A DNA stretch of 57,242 nucleotides, filler included, from Jimgerdemannia flammicorona (GCA_003990765.1; 2 parts of 2 records of this genome joined end to end with filler, not necessarily neighbours in it), one strand, 5' to 3'; counted from the first letter of the whole stretch, positions 1 through 13,877 are shown. The notes: generated by a model not told the origin, from the sequence alone. A program made the numbers and translations.

Positions 1-33
<33 letters not shown>

Positions 34-52
34 GTCTCTTAGACTGCCCTTT

Positions 53-3000
53 ATTACCAAAGTCTATAATATATACAATACAATGTCACCCCTGTCCTCA
101 ACTCATGCCCCAGGGACCCAAACCCTCCCTCTCATCCTCCTCTTGCCCAAGCACCACCCAATTACCCACTACCCGAACCCTCCTACCACTCTTCTGGGCA
201 ATTCGCTGCACCAGACTCCTGTGATACCCCTCACCCATCCCCCAACCCTGCCATCAACTATTCAAAATATCCAACATCAACCATTCCCACCTAGTCATCT
301 TGTCACCAACCCCGACCCAGTGCCCTTCCTCAAATACATAAACCCAGTGCCCTGCCAGTCCAACCCACATAGCCAAAGCCCCAGCCATTCGTCTCCAACT
401 CCACCCACTAGATGCTGGTGGAGCTCTCCCCACCTCTCCCCTTCCTCTCCCTCCCTGGCCCCCAGCCCTACCCTGTCCATAATACCTCTTCAAAACTCCC
501 CCAAAACCTCACATTCACTAAGCCAATGTTCAGGCGTTTGTATCACTCCTCCCTCCTGACCAACATTGAAACAATCCTCGCACTCGAATACCCCACCATC
601 CACCAAGTGTCCAGACTGATAGTTCAACATCATATTCCACCATAGGACCTGCCACCACACCACCCAGAACTTGGGGGGCAGCCACTGCCACATCTGTTTG
701 CTCCAAAGCCAGAGTCCATTCCAATCCCACTCCTCCCCAATTCCAACCCTCTGCCAGGCTTCTGGCCACAGGTCCCCGCCGAGGCCCCACAGACACTCTA
801 GACCCTCGCTAAGCTGAAAGCCTCCACCAGGACCCCACCCAAAAGAAGCCTGTCCCACCACCACATCTGCGGTCCCCAATCCTCCTCGGCTTCATCACCT
901 CGCCACCGAAGTCTAATCTTCTTAGCACCATCCACCACCCCCCACCAAAAGCCCATAAACCACATCTTCCTGCTCCCTTCTATGGCCACCATCGCAAGCA
1001 GATCCCCGGAGCCACCACGTGGGAAGTACCGAACCTCCCACAACCTCTGCATGAGTGGCACCCACTCCCACCCCCTGAGCTTGCTCGCCCTTCACAGCCA
1101 CCAGGCTCTCAGACATAGAAGTCGCTTAGTAAAGTCCACTAAGCCCAGCCCACCTCTTTCCAAGGGTAGCATGAGCACCTCCCAACCAACCTGGCTTCGC
1201 CCTCCTCCCCAGATCCATGACCTCGCCATCTTCAACAACTCCTTAACCACCCAGGTTGGAAAATCCAAATGATATCCAACATACTACAGCTTTGGCATCT
1301 AGTATACATTCAACACCATCACCCTTCCGGCAAGAGACATATGCCGGCCTCCCCATCTCAGCAAAACATTACCCCACTCCAGAAGTTTATAGTTCCACCA
1401 TGCCTGGGGAAGAAGAGATCCGAACACTGAGAAGTAGATCCCCAAGTAGTGCACTGGTTCACCTGCCAGCACCACTGTCCCAATAATATCACCACCAATA
1501 ATTCCGGCACCCAGCACCAGCATCTCGCATTTGTGCTAGTTAAGTTTAGCACCAGAGCCCTGCTCATACCATTCCACAGTCCTCTGTAACTCTCCCACAT
1601 CTCCCAAGGAGCCCAGCCTGACCACCATATTATCAGCAAAGGCCCACCTTCCAGTTTACTCCTAAAATGTCCAAGCCTCCAATCTGACACCGAATCCTGT
1701 CCAGTAGTGACTCCAGGGAAAGAGCATACAATATGGGTGATAAGGGGTCCCCTTGCAGTACTCCACGTCCCAGGGGAAAGCTCATCCCCTGGAAGCCATT
1801 GATGACCAATGCTGCCTGACTGTCCTCCAAGAGGCTGATTAACACTCTTCGGACCCCTGGTGGGACACCAATCTGCTTCAGCACTCCTTCCAGCCATAAT
1901 CTCCACACTCTATCATAAGCCTTCTCTTGGTCCAGAAATACCAATCTGCCATCCACCCCTGTTGCCCGAGTACCTTCAATCACTCCATGAACCCAGGCTG
2001 TCCCATCTCAAATCAACTGACCACCAACAAACCCACATTGCTCCACACCAAGAACCTGCTGGGTGATGCCCTGCAACCTCATCACCAAGATTTTCATCAC
2101 CAATTTGTGGTCAATATCGAGAAGCATAATTGGCCACCAGTTCTTCCAGTTCTCACACCTTCCCTTGTCCTTAAAGAGCAAAGAGACCAGCCCTAAGCAC
2201 TGTCCCCCAATCCAGGCACCAGACCAAAGAACTCCATCACACATAGCAGTCATTTCCTCTAGCACCACACCCACCCCAGCCATCTTCTGTCAAAAATCTC
2301 AGGGAAGCCCATCCTCTCCCGGAGCTGTCCTCTTACTCATTGAGGCCACAACCCTGTAAATCTCCTCACCACTCACTGGGTCCCCCAATGCCCCAAGTCC
2401 CATCGCAGGGTCCGGGTACCAATCCCCCAGCTGTCTTTCAATGTTCAGGGCATCCAGTCCCCCATCCTCCTCACTCCAAAGATTCCCCCACCGGGTTCAC
2501 AGTAGGTCCAGAATTGCCAGTGTCCCCACCACCAGCTTGCCATTCTTGTCCAAAACTCTCTCCCACTGCTGCCTCATATGTTGTGCTTGTAACAACTGTG
2601 ACAAGAATCTGGTAGGCCTCTCCCCCTCTTCAAGCCCCTGCCACTGCAGATAGGCCACCATTCCCTGCAACTGCTCCTCCTCCTCCCTGCATAGTATCTC
2701 TTTGAGCTCCTCTACCTTCTGCCGTATCCTCACAATATGCCAATCAGTCACAGCCCCATCCTCCAGCACACCTGCCCATCTCTCCATGAGTGCTGCTAGA
2801 TGCTGCGAGGCCCACAGCACCTGCCGCCTTCGCTGGGCACACTTTCCTTTCCCTGCTTCTCTCTAATACTCCTAAGCCTTCGCCTTCAGCCTTCTCCAGC
2901 AGTCCCCAATCTCCAGTCCTTGTTCCCGCCACCTGCCTATATTTCCAACCACCTCCAATTCCCATCCCTCCCACAACACTCTATCCTCCAACAGGGAAGA

Positions 3001-3747
3001 ATTCAGTCACCAATGTCCAGGTCCATCCTCATTTCCCCCAAACCTCCTCCCTCCAAGCAGCCCCCAGTGATCAGACCATGGACACCATATGACTTCCAGT
3101 GCTGACTAGACATCTGTTCCCCAACACTCTGCCGTTAGAACCCAGTCAATCCTAGAGCCCAGTCCTGCTGCCCAGTGGGTGTACATCTGCCAATCAGCCC
3201 AAAAATGTCTTCCTGAGTCTACTAGAGAACACAACCTCTCCATCTCCAACCAGTCACCCAACCCACCACTTTCACTCCACATGTCTCTCCCTCCATCAGT
3301 TCTGTCCAACTCCTTATCCCATACTATGTTGAAGTCACCCCCCATACAGTCTAACCCAACTTCTCCCAACACACCAGCCTCCTTCAATCTGCAGATCCAT
3401 TCCACTCTCTCCCCTCTCTCAGCTGGGCAGTAACAGGACCCGACTGTCAGCGGGCCCCATCCAGGCCTCTTCCACACTCCCCACACCACTCGAGACCCCC
3501 AATGTCCAATGTTCCCAATGTCCCCCATCTCTTTCTGAACGAGAATACACACTTTTCCCCTCCAAACTGCTGTGCCCCCCCATTCCTTAGTCCAATCCTG
3601 TAAGTCCACATCTGCCTCATAACGAATATCCTGTAGTAAGAAGATGTCTGCATCCAGTCCCTTAAGCCAACCAAAAATATACTTCCTCCTAGCTGACTCC
3701 TATAGCCCATTAACGTTCAATGAGAAAATTCTAGTTGTACTGTTCAT
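53..3747 (-). pseudogene. LINE ORF2: APE endonuclease, reverse transcriptase and C-terminal CCHC zinc finger, disrupted
   Basis: Endonuclease motifs MNSTTRIFSLNVNG, LLQD, GGDFN, SRIDW, SDH. RT motifs PGEDG, WWPIMLLDIDHK, QCGF, LDQEKAYDRV, GVLQGDPLSP, FADN (from FADD). C-terminal CEDC..HWLSEC. Multiple stops and frameshifts; 3' end approximate. Confidence 0.92.
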
Positions 3748-3778
3748 TTTGAAGAAATGTTGCAATAGAGACCCTAAT

Positions 3779-5695
3779 CTATAATTCCATGCTCATCTCA
3801 TCTCCTGCCAGATCCAAGCACCGCTCAGCTTCCACTTCACCCTCAGTATTATCCTGAGCATCCAGTGCTCCTAAGATTTCCTGACATTCCACTCTGTCCA
3901 CTTCCTCCATATCAGCCCTATAGTCTAAGCAGACAGTATGCCACTTCTCCAGTCCCTTCCTCAAATTCCACAAGAAAAATGCTCTGTCACTCACAATCCT
4001 CCTAAGTTCCTCCTCCCTCTGATCATCAACCTGATACTCAACCAACTCCAGGAGGACTGCCAGGATCTCATTCCTCATCTTCCTCGGCACCTCCTCCCTC
4101 CATAGGATCTCCTCCCAATGCTTCTCCTCCAACACCCTGAAGTCCTCACCCCCCAGCTCTTCAGCCGCCACCCCTTCCAAGGTCTTCCACATCCACTTCT
4201 CCTCATCCACTGCCTCCACCGCCCCCTGAGCGATTTGTCCTCCATCCACCTCAGGGTCCACCAGCATACTCCTTCTCACCCGACTCATCCCACTCCTCAT
4301 CTGGCACATCCATCAGCTCCTCCTCTCCCTCTGCCCCATCTGGAACACTATACTGAGGGTACACACCCTCACCCATTTCGGCATCCACCTCCAAATTGCC
4401 CTCCCTCCCCTCCCCACCACCAATCTGAACTCCACCCTGGGCCATCTCTCCCCCCTCAGCCCAGGTGCTCTCCTGTGATCCTGCAACTCCCTCCCCTGAG
4501 CTTCTACCAGCCCCACTCTCACCCAACTTCATCAACAGCTCCTTCTGGATCCTCCTCCCCTGCATCTTTTCCCAGGCCCCCTTTCCATCCAGACCCTCTT
4601 CCCATCCATCTCCCCAACCACCGTCCTGGTCTCAAACTCCTTCCAGGCCAATTTCCTCCTTGCCACTGCCCCTTCCAGAACCTCCAGAGCCTCCAACAGG
4701 TCCTCCTTCTCCTCCGGAGTCCCCTTCACCCTGGTGACCTTACACTCCACCGGTCCCCACCTCAGTGCCGCTGGCCAGTCCCTCGACTTCCCCGTATTCT
4801 CCTTCTCAGCCAGCCTCACCCTGACATTGACATTGCCAGTTCTAAGCTCCGTGCCCTCCCAGACCTTGAACCCAACATCCACAATCTCGCCATACTCCTT
4901 GACCACCTCCACCACCAACTCCCTGGTCCTTTCCTTTGACACCATCAGGAGGTCCAACACCATCAACTGCACCACTCGGGGGTCCCAGTATATGCACCGG
5001 GCCATAGGTACCACAACTCTGCCAACCATCACCCCCTTCTCCATGGCTGCCAACAAGGCATCTTCCTCCTCAAACCCCACCTCAACCCCTTCCTTCCCCC
5101 TCAAGAACTTCACCGATGCTGCTTTCTTAGCCTCCTGTGCCACCAGCTCCAGAATCATCCTCACCATCACTGCCAAGCCCCGGAAGCACATCATGACCAT
5201 GAATTCTGACCTCAACTTCTTGAGTAATGGGGCTGACACCATGCCCATCACCCCATCAGCCAGGTCCCCGGGCCTCGTGTCTACTCCAAGTCATGAATTG
5301 CCACCTGCCATCACATCTGGATTTTTTGCCAGATCCCCAGTCACAGCCCCATCAACAGTCACATCTCCAGCCCCTACTCCGGCCCCTTCCCTACCACCAG
5401 AAGTACCCCGGGGTGTGCCTCCCTGACCCCCAGCAGTAGCCATCGATGCCTTCCCCAGGCCCAGCCAACTATCTAGCCTAGAAGCCATTTTCCCCATTCT
5501 GACCTTGTCAGCAAAGGTCGATCTCGCCTCTCCTCTCTGCCTCAGACCGCCCCTCCCTCCACCACCAGGGTCTCGGCTAGCCATCGAGGCCCCTGGCATC
5601 TCCAAACCATCTCCCCTCCTCCCCACCTGCTGCCAGCCAAAGGCGCCATCACCCCCCTGGCCAGTATGCTCACCAGTTCGATTGTTGCTGTCTAT
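3779..5695 (-). pseudogene. LINE ORF1: Gly-rich N-terminus, RRM-like core, acidic C-terminus; disrupted
   Basis: Track fragments 5291-5626, 4532-5251, 4251-4565 and 3779-4309 are colinear. The YGEIVDV..RTGNVNVRVRL..WP pattern is typical of Tx1/L1 ORF1. The start reads ATA where copy 3 has ATG. Confidence 0.85.
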
Positions 5696-5777
5696 ATTGT
5701 TAGTCGTTGAATACCAAAAACGTTGTAAAAAGTATTGTCTGAGTCTTGTGTCACCCGAATATTACTGGTGAAAGGTG

Positions 5778-8700
5778 CTCTCGATTAACTACTCTCTATC
5801 TGAAGCCCCTATATTACATATGCTCACTACCCCTAAGCCTAACCAAAGACAGTAGATTCCCTGAAGAGCCCCTTAGCAAAAATCTCATCTCTCAGACCTT
5901 CTGTATTAGAGAACCCAGCTATCTCTCCTTAGTTCCACAGCTCTCTTCAGCTATTATGCTCTCAGAAATGAATTCTCTTCAGGAAGTCAACTAGCCCAAG
6001 ACCCCCTCTATCTACTGGTATTGATAGAATATTTCAGCTAATCTGACTCTACCTCTCAGCCCAGATCTGATCCTTGGCTAGCTTCAATAGTCTCTTTACC
6101 ACTCAGATCAGAAAGTCTAAATAATATACCAAATACCATAGCTTCAGAAGCCAGTAGATATTTAAGATTGAAACACAGTCTATAAAAGAGATATAATGGC
6201 TGCTCTAGCTCTACAGTACCTCTTACCAAATAATTATCTATTGCTTCTACCAAGTTCTAGATAGGACAGATCCATAGACTGAGAGGAAAATATCCAGATA
6301 TAATACAGCATCTCCAGTGGGGACAATTGTTCCAATGACATTCCCTTCCATCAGACTATTGCTAAGTACTATTATTTTATACTTATGCTAGTTATATTTT
6401 GCCCTAGAGTGTGCCTCATACTATTCCACTGTTTTCTCAAATACCTTTACATCTATAATTGACTCAAGGTGAACTACTATATCATTCACAAAGGCCCCAA
6501 CCTTCTAGATAATTCCAAACACCAAGAGCTCCACTACCTTATAATAAATTCTATCTATAAATAGCTTCAGAGATAGAGTATACAAAATAGAGGACAGTGG
6601 GTCATCATGGTAAATACCTCTACCTAGAGAGAATACTACACTCTAATGACTATTACATATAGTACTACTCTACTCTCTTCTAGTAGACTGATTATTGAAA
6701 CTTAGAACTGCTGAGGGACTTCAATCCTATCCAACACCTTCACCAACCAAACCTATCAGACATGATCATAGGCCTTCTTCTGATCCAAGAAGACCAATCT
6801 TCCATATAGTCCATAGGCTTGAGCTCCTTCAATAATACCATGAACCTAAGCTGTACCATTCTAAATGAGCTGGCCCCTAACAAAGTCCTATTGCTCCTCA
6901 TCTAATACTTATTGGGCCACCTTCTGCAGCCTTAAAACAATTATCTTAATGACTATCTTTCTATCTATATCCAGAAGTATAATCAATTACCAGTTCTTCC
7001 AATCCTCTCTCCAGCTCTTATCCTTATACAACAATGTCACCAGCCCCAGATCCCACCCTTCCACCCACTTCTCTGACTGTAATATAGAGTCACAAAGTGC
7101 TATCATCTCTCTAAGCACTCCAGGGACTCTCAACATCTTCTTCCAGAAGTCTCAGAGCAGTCCCTCCTCCCCTGGTGTGTGCCTAGCTTAGTTATAGCAA
7201 GAATCTGATAAATCATCTCCCATTGAACAGACAACACTAAACTGCTAAGCCTATCTACTTGTGGTGGGTACCAATTCTCCAGAGTGTATTCAATGATAGC
7301 AGCATCAGTCCCACCCTCCTCCTCACTCCATAGACTACTCCATCTCTCCTTTAGAGAGTTTAAAATATTTTGTAAACTATATACTAGCAGGCCCTCTGAA
7401 TCCAAGACCCCCTCCCACCTCTGCCTCACTCTCTTTACCTAAAGAAGTCTTAAGAGATACTTAGAGGACCTCAAGCCCTTGCCAATATAGCTATATAGTC
7501 ATTTCTCTTATAAGAGTCTCCTCCTCTTCCTTCAATATCTATTGTAACTCAACAACCTCTAGCTTCACTTGTACCAACCTCCAATCCTCTACCCCCTCTA
7601 AGACCAATAGATCAGCTCAATTTTCCTGAAGCTGGACCAACCTAGCAGAGGCCTCCTCCTCCACTGTCTTCCTGCTACCTTACCAGCCTCACCTCAGTAA
7701 GCTCTAGCAGCCTCCTTTAACCTCACCATTGAACACCCACTGGGGAGCTCTCTTGGACCCAACTATCTACTTTCTGCCTAATATTCTTAGCCCAAGTATC
7801 TCACAGCCCCTTCTCAGCTAATAAAGGAGAATTGAGATATCGATGTTCAGGCTTATTCTCACTTTCCCAAACTGACCATATCCTAATAAGCTCTATTGAT
7901 CTGATCAAGGATATTACTCAACCTCTAGGGACTTTCAGATATCCAGATCTCAGTAATCAGCTATCAGCACCCAGTCAATCCTAGTCTCAAGACCACTCAT
8001 CCAATGAGTATAGATCCTCCTATCTCTCTATATTACTTAACTAGTATTCATTAAGGATCTAAGTTGCTCTATCTCCTTCTAATTTTTCAGACTACTATTT
8101 CTACCTCCAGCATTCCTCTTCTCATCTATTCTATCAAACTATACTATACAAACTATATTAAAGTCTCTTCTAAGTATATCTACTTCTATCTCTATAAGGA
8201 CTTCGCTATCCAAAAGACCATCAATCTACTCTATACACTCACTTCTAACTGTAGGGCAGTAATAAGATCTAATTACAATTGGCTCTCACCCTGGCTGACA
8301 CCATTTACTCTAGACCAATTGATCTCTCCAATTTCTGCTTCTATATATTTTGTCTTGCCTTTTCCACACCAGTAGCCCAACCTTGCTATTTCAAACTGCA
8401 GCCTCTCTCTATTCTCTTGTCTACTCTTATTGATCAAGGTCTTTCTCATATTGTATATCCTGCAGAAGAAAGAGATTAGCTTCTAATTCCTTTAACCAAG
8501 TAAAAATATTATGCCATCTCTCAGAACCCCTCAAGCTATTCATATTCAATGAAAAAATATTAGTTGTACTATTTATAGGAAATAATATTAAAATAGATAT
8601 ATCCTCTTTATAGCTCTATATTCATCACCTCTCTTGCTAAGTCTAATTCATATTCTACAGTAGTCTCCTCTCCCTCAACCTACTTAGCCTCCAGTCTAAC

Positions 8701-10695
8701 CAAAAGCTCAGTCAATACTGTATCATTCTCTCCTCTATCTTCTCTCAGTATTCCAAGGAGACCTCTTGCCAGATTTCTAGTTCATGCCTCTGTTTCTACC
8801 AAAAGACTATATACTCTCTAGTAGTCTCAGTCATCTCTGCCTCTCTTGTATCATCTACTACATATCCTTTCTCATCTAGGTATACTAATAATACCTCTAT
8901 TGCCAAGGTCTCCATAATATTATCTCTCTGCAGCACTCTTGCTCAGTGCTCCTTACTGATAACTCACAGGTCCATATCTCCCAACTTCTCTGCTATCAAG
9001 TTGTTCATCATCTGACATATTCACTACAAATCACTAATCTCTTTGCTCCCAGAGGTTACTGGTCTACTGGTCTCTAGTATAATAGTGTCTGCCCCAGCCC
9101 TCACAGACTTATTCCATTTCTCCTCAGAAATATCCACCAGCTTATTCACTCTAATCTCAACTATCTGCCCCCAACTTATTATCTCAAGCACTTCAAATTA
9201 GACATAGTGAGTCTCTAACATCTCCACATCCTCACTAGTCTTCAGCTATATAACTCCAGACTGCTCTCCTATATCCTCACTCTCCTCTCATATCTCCAGC
9301 ATACTATTATCATAGATTGTCTGATTCCTTATCTTCCAGCTCCCACCCACAGCCTTTGCACTTCTCTCCACATTATCATCTGTCTAGATACTCTCTCAAG
9401 CACCCTCTGTGGTACTATCTGAACTGGGTAATATCTTCTCTTTCTCCTTCAAACTAGCCAGCAATGCCTTCTATTGCTTATATCCCTAAGTCCTCTTCCA
9501 CTGTCTCTTATCTACCTGAATACACTTTCCATCTACTTGTTGAGTCTACATATGTCTGCCAAGTCTTGGCCCACTGCTTCACTATCCCACTGAGCTCCAG
9601 TGCCTCCATCAGATCCTTCTCCTCTTCTATACTTCTCTTCACTCTCACTATCTTACAGATAAATACACTCTATAACAATACTGAGGGCCAGTCTTACAGC
9701 TTCTTCATTGCCTTCTTCCCAGTCAGCCAGAGTCTGATATCCACATTCTTTGTCCTGAACAAAGTCTCCTTCTAGACCTGGAAATCAATATCAATTACTT
9801 TATCATACTTAGCTATAACTTTCTCTACCTTTCTCTTTATCTCAACTGTCATTCCTATGGAAACTTCTATCACTAGTAGCTGGACCACTTTGAGATCCTA
9901 TCTCAGATAGTGAGCCATTGAAACCACTACCTCTCCCACAGTCAACTCTATCTTCAATGCCTCCTCTAAGGTAGCAGTCTTCTCAAAGCCCACCTTAGCC
10001 CCCTTAAGCCTCTTCAAGAACTTCACTGAGACAGTTCCAGTCATCTGCTTTGAGATCAACCCTAGTACTATCTTCACTATTACTACTAAGCCCTAGAAGC
10101 ACAATATGACTGCAAACTCTAAGATCAATTTCTTGAATAATAGAGTCACTGTCAGGTCTATTATACTATCAGTCAGGTCTCTCTACCCCTGTCAGTCCCC
10201 CTGTATAGCTCTACTATCAGCTATTACATCTTCTTTTTTTTTCCAGATTCTCTATTACATCTCTATCAGTAATTACACTACTGCCTCCAGCCACAGCCCC
10301 TCCTGTCTCTATACTCACTTCCCTGGACATATGGCCTGCCACTCTCTCTAGGTTAGCCTTGTCTTTCTCCTCAGCTATATCAGTCTGAATATCTACTGGC
10401 TATCTCCTCTTCTTCACCTTATCAGTAAAACTTGGGGGCCCAGATCTGTCCTTATTTCTACCCAATACCAGCCTCTCTCCAGATCTTTCTCCATTATTTA
10501 TATCTCTAAAAGTATCTATCTCTAGATCATAACTTCTCTTTATATGCTATTAGCTAAATACCTCAGATTTACCAAACCCAGCATACCTGTCAGGACTCTT
10601 GCTCAATGACATATTACTAGTATATATCTTTTCTCTAAGTTGTATTAAAAAGTATTGCTTGAAGTTTATATAATGTAAATTGTACTGATATTGAG
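5778..10695 (-). mobile_element. Older, heavily mutated LINE of the same clade (copy 2), cut in the 3' part of ORF2 by copy 1
   Basis: Colinear with copy 4 from ~43920 onward. RT remnants (LDQKKAYDHV, FVND), endonuclease LLQD at ~8455-8480, ORF1 remnant and 5' end near 10690. TpA-enriched. Confidence 0.88.
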
Positions 10696-10889
10696 ATTTA
10701 CTTAAAGATGTATTAAATTTTTTTCAGTATTTAATTATGTATTTAAGAAGTAGTATTATAGCTATGATTGAAATTCTGAGAAAGTTGAATAGTATTTTTA
10801 TAATATTTTCAAGCACTAACTATCTAATAAATAATCTTTTATAATATATCTTTACCTTAATACTTCTAAATTAATCTCTTAAATAGTAT

Positions 10890-11125
10890 CAGTTTCTGTT
10901 TCATCTCTTTCACCTTCATCTTCTATATCTTATTTGTCTTCTTTATCTTCTTGTCTCATCTATCTCATTTGTCTTATCTATCTTATCTATTTTATCTATC
11001 TCATCTGTCTTATCTGTCTTATTTCTTATCTGTCTTATCTATCTTATCCATCACATCTGTTTTGTCCATCTCATCTATCTTGTCTATCTCATCTATCTCA
11101 TTTATTTCATCTATCTCATCTATCT
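10890..11125. repeat. Low-complexity pyrimidine-rich microsatellite (tcttatc/tcatcta-type units)
   Basis: Directly visible degenerate short tandem units. Confidence 0.8.
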
Positions 11126-11446
11126 AATATATATTCAAAAAGACATTTTATATTTAAAATTTATTGTATTGGAGAAGAATCACTAATAATGAATATGTAC
11201 ATAAACATAATGAGAAGATGCATTGTTTTAATTGATCTTACTATATAATTTTTTGCTTACTTTATTGTATATATATTGTCACATATATTATCACTTATAT
11301 CATCACATATATCATTGCATGTATTATTGCATGCTGTTGCAAACTTAGTATCTATTGACTTTTTTTTCTTTTTTAATATTGTACAACTGTATGTTGTCAC
11401 ATAGTATAAACCACTCCCAGTCAGTTCTGAACTCCATTCATCCCAA

Positions 11447-11956
11447 ATGGGTAATATATTTTCGCGCCGACAAGCCCCAAAACGTCCGTCCGGCGAATGC
11501 CCTAAAGATGTGTTATCCCGCTATAGTCCTATGATGGATGTGTATGGTGTGTTCATAGTGCGCTTCATTCAAATGATCCACGACCTCGTCCTTACGAAAA
11601 ACCAAAAACGCTGGGGCAACTTTGTGGTGCTTGACTTGCGATTCAAGAACTCAGAGCCAGGGAAACTGGTGGCGGCCACAGCAAAGAACCCCGCGGACAG
11701 CAAGAGTCGTAAAGAAATGTTATATCTCAAATCCGTGGAGCACAGTGCCTGCGACCGTCTGAACTGGGTAACCTTCTGGGACTTCGTGGAAAACCGATTA
11801 AATGACGTGGAGGAGTTCAACAGATTCAAGCTGGAGTTCAAGACAAGAGTTAATAGAGGCCGGATTAGTGTGGATCACGTCATTACAAAGACACGTCCTT
11901 CAGTCTATTGGCCTTCGAAGGACCCGGAAATGCGCTTGGTTCGCTTTCGGCTCTGA
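11447..11956 (+). CDS. Hypothetical 169-aa protein with N-myristoylation motif (MGNIFS), paralog 1
   Basis: Uninterrupted ORF with CpG retained and TATAAA at 11405-11410. Clear amino-acid similarity to 13347-13877 along its whole length. Confidence 0.8.
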   Translation: MGNIFSRRQAPKRPSGECPKDVLSRYSPMMDVYGVFIVRFIQMIHDLVLTKNQKRWGNFVVLDLRFKNSEPGKLVAATAKNPADSKSRKEMLYLKSVEHSACDRLNWVTFWDFVENRLNDVEEFNRFKLEFKTRVNRGRISVDHVITKTRPSVYWPSKDPEMRLVRFRL

Positions 11957-12210
11957 TTTTACGAATTCAAATGGACTACTTATGCTTACATCCATACTGG
12001 TTGTCCTTATGTATGTCTTATGATCAATCAATAAACTATGAAGCTCTGTCTCGTCCGGCCCTTGGCTATTCTAGGTTGTTCCACAGGCCCTCGATTTGGG
12101 ACGCGTCAATTTTGAGGCACAGAATTACCATCATCATTTTGTTATCTGGATAAAAGACACTCTTCTCCCTCGTGTCATTCATATTCAACGAACGCCATTA
12201 CCAGTCCACC

Positions 12211-12705
12211 ATGGGCAACAATAACTCGCGCCGACGTGCCCCAAAAACACCCCCTGAAGATGAAGTATTGTGCTGTAGCCCGATAATAGCAGAGTATGGT
12301 GTGTTCATAGCCCGCTTCATCCAGATAACCCATGACCGTGTCCTAGCAAGTTTGGGACCGCTTCGTGGTGATTGACTTGCGATTCCCGAACTCAGACCCA
12401 GGGAAACTGGAGGCGGCCACGGTAACGAACCCCATAGACAGTAAGGTTCAAAAAGCTCAAACCCGCGGAACACAGCGCCTGCGACCATCTGGACTGGGCA
12501 GCCTTCTGGAACTTCGTCGAAGAAAAATTAAACGTCGCTGAGGAGTTCAACAGATTCAAGCTGGAGCTCGGGACAAGTGTGAATGGGGGCCGGCTCACTG
12601 AGGATCACGTCATTACAAAGGCACGTCCGTCTGTCTATTGGCCTTCGGAGGGGCCAGAAGTGCGCTTCGTTCTCTTTCAACTGCGGTTTTCACGAGTTCC
12701 AATAG
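12211..12705 (+). pseudogene. Frameshifted paralog 2 of the MGN.. family
   Basis: Pieces MGNNNSRRRAPK..YGVFIARFIQITHDRVLA, SACDHLDWAAFWNFVEEKLN..FNRFKLE and RLTEDHVITKARPSVYWPSEGPEVRFV are split over different frames. Confidence 0.8.
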
Positions 12706-13346
12706 ATTTTTACAGGCTTTACTTATTAATACCATTCAAAGTTATACTTTATAATCAACACACTTTGAACCTCTATGCCTCTATATCTATGAATTCTATT
12801 TGCCTATGTCTATGCCAGGTTTTATGAAAAAGTAGAACAAAGAACAATTGGAGCCTCTACTATTTAAATGTCAATATACTTTACTAATTTATCAAAAATT
12901 ATATATATTATACTAAGTATATATTATTTATAAAGTTTATTAAAATTTCAAAATGTCTCCTCCTTTTCTATCTTATAATGAATGAAATTTAAAGAAGTAT
13001 ATTTTTAATAATTTTGTAAAAAATAAATTCTGATACTTAAAAATCAATATTTATAACCAAGTAAAGCTCAATATATTTTAAAGTTATAAACATCAAAAGT
13101 AAGTTAAAAATTATATTGCAATATGTATCATAGTTATTAAAATAGTCTATATATTGGAATGCATATAATAGTAAAGTTCTATGGTATAATGAATTGACAT
13201 TCAGGTAATAAGAAGTCCTTGGGGGAAATCCTGCATAGACATAGGCTAATCAGACTCATAGACATAGATGTTCTGATTGGATGAATTATAAATAACAAGG
13301 TCTAACAGCATGTATATGTATAACATGAGTGGAGTCTACGAAATGT

Positions 13347-13877
13347 CTATTGAATCTCGTGAAATTGGAGCTGAAAGCGAACTAAACGCATTTCCGGGTC
13401 CTTCGTAGGCCAATATACAGAGGGATGAGCCTTTGTAATGATTTCATCCACACTGAACCGGCCCCTATTTACTATTTTCTCGAGCTCCAGCTTGAATCTG
13501 TTGAATTCCTTGTCGTCGTTAAATCTATCATTGACGAAGTCCCAGAAGGCTGTCCAGTCCAGACGGTCGCAGGCGCTACGCTCCTCCAATTTAAGTTTGT
13601 TTATAACTTCCTTGCGGCTCTTACAGTCCGCGGGGTTTCTTGCTGTGACCGCCACCAGTTTCCCTGGCTCGAAATTCGGGAATCGCATGTCAATCACTAC
13701 GAACCTGCCCCAGCGTTTTCGGTTCTTCGCTAGAACGTGGTCGTGGATTATTTGGATGAAGCGCACTATGAACGCACCATACACCTCCATCATAGGGCTA
13801 CAGCCGGATACTTGATCTTCAGGAGGTGCGCGGGATCTACATGTTGGTGAACTTCGGCGCGAGAATATGTTACCCAT
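13347..13877 (-). CDS. Hypothetical 176-aa protein with N-myristoylation motif (MGNIFS), paralog 3
   Basis: Intact ORF homologous to 11447-11956; TATATAA on the minus strand at ~13933-13939. Confidence 0.82.
   Translation of the reverse strand: MGNIFSRRSSPTCRSRAPPEDQVSGCSPMMEVYGAFIVRFIQIIHDHVLAKNRKRWGRFVVIDMRFPNFEPGKLVAVTARNPADCKSRKEVINKLKLEERSACDRLDWTAFWDFVNDRFNDDKEFNRFKLELEKIVNRGRFSVDEIITKAHPSVYWPTKDPEMRLVRFQLQFHEIQ

Larger units (their letters stand above)
1..5777 (-). mobile_element. L1/Tx1-clade non-LTR retrotransposon (LINE copy 1), full length, inactivated
   Basis: Poly(A) tail (T-run 1-30) and AATAAA on the minus strand at 50-55. Contains ORF1 plus ORF2 with APE endonuclease, RT and C-terminal CCHC motifs. 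Its 5' end (tactggtgaaagRtg) matches copies 3 and 4. Confidence 0.95.

Noticed and set aside
490..1100. Unusually Trp-rich LINE ORF2 peptides as a novel domain
   Set aside because: Largely explained by the G-rich coding strand and CGG>TGG decay in an otherwise standard L1 ORF2.
83..5771. Many Pro/Ser/His-rich plus-strand ORFs (e.g. 4118-4939, 32523-33263, 33280-34155)
   Set aside because: Antisense shadows of the G-rich LINE coding strand, with boundaries not conserved between copies.
10934..11248. 104-aa ORF with LIYLIC/SHL repeats
   Set aside because: Translation of a microsatellite.
11569..13815. Opposite-strand ORFs overlapping the MGN.. paralogs (11569-11841, 13438-13815, 13425-13733)
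   Set aside because: Antisense shadows; their mutual similarity follows from the paralogy of the real genes.
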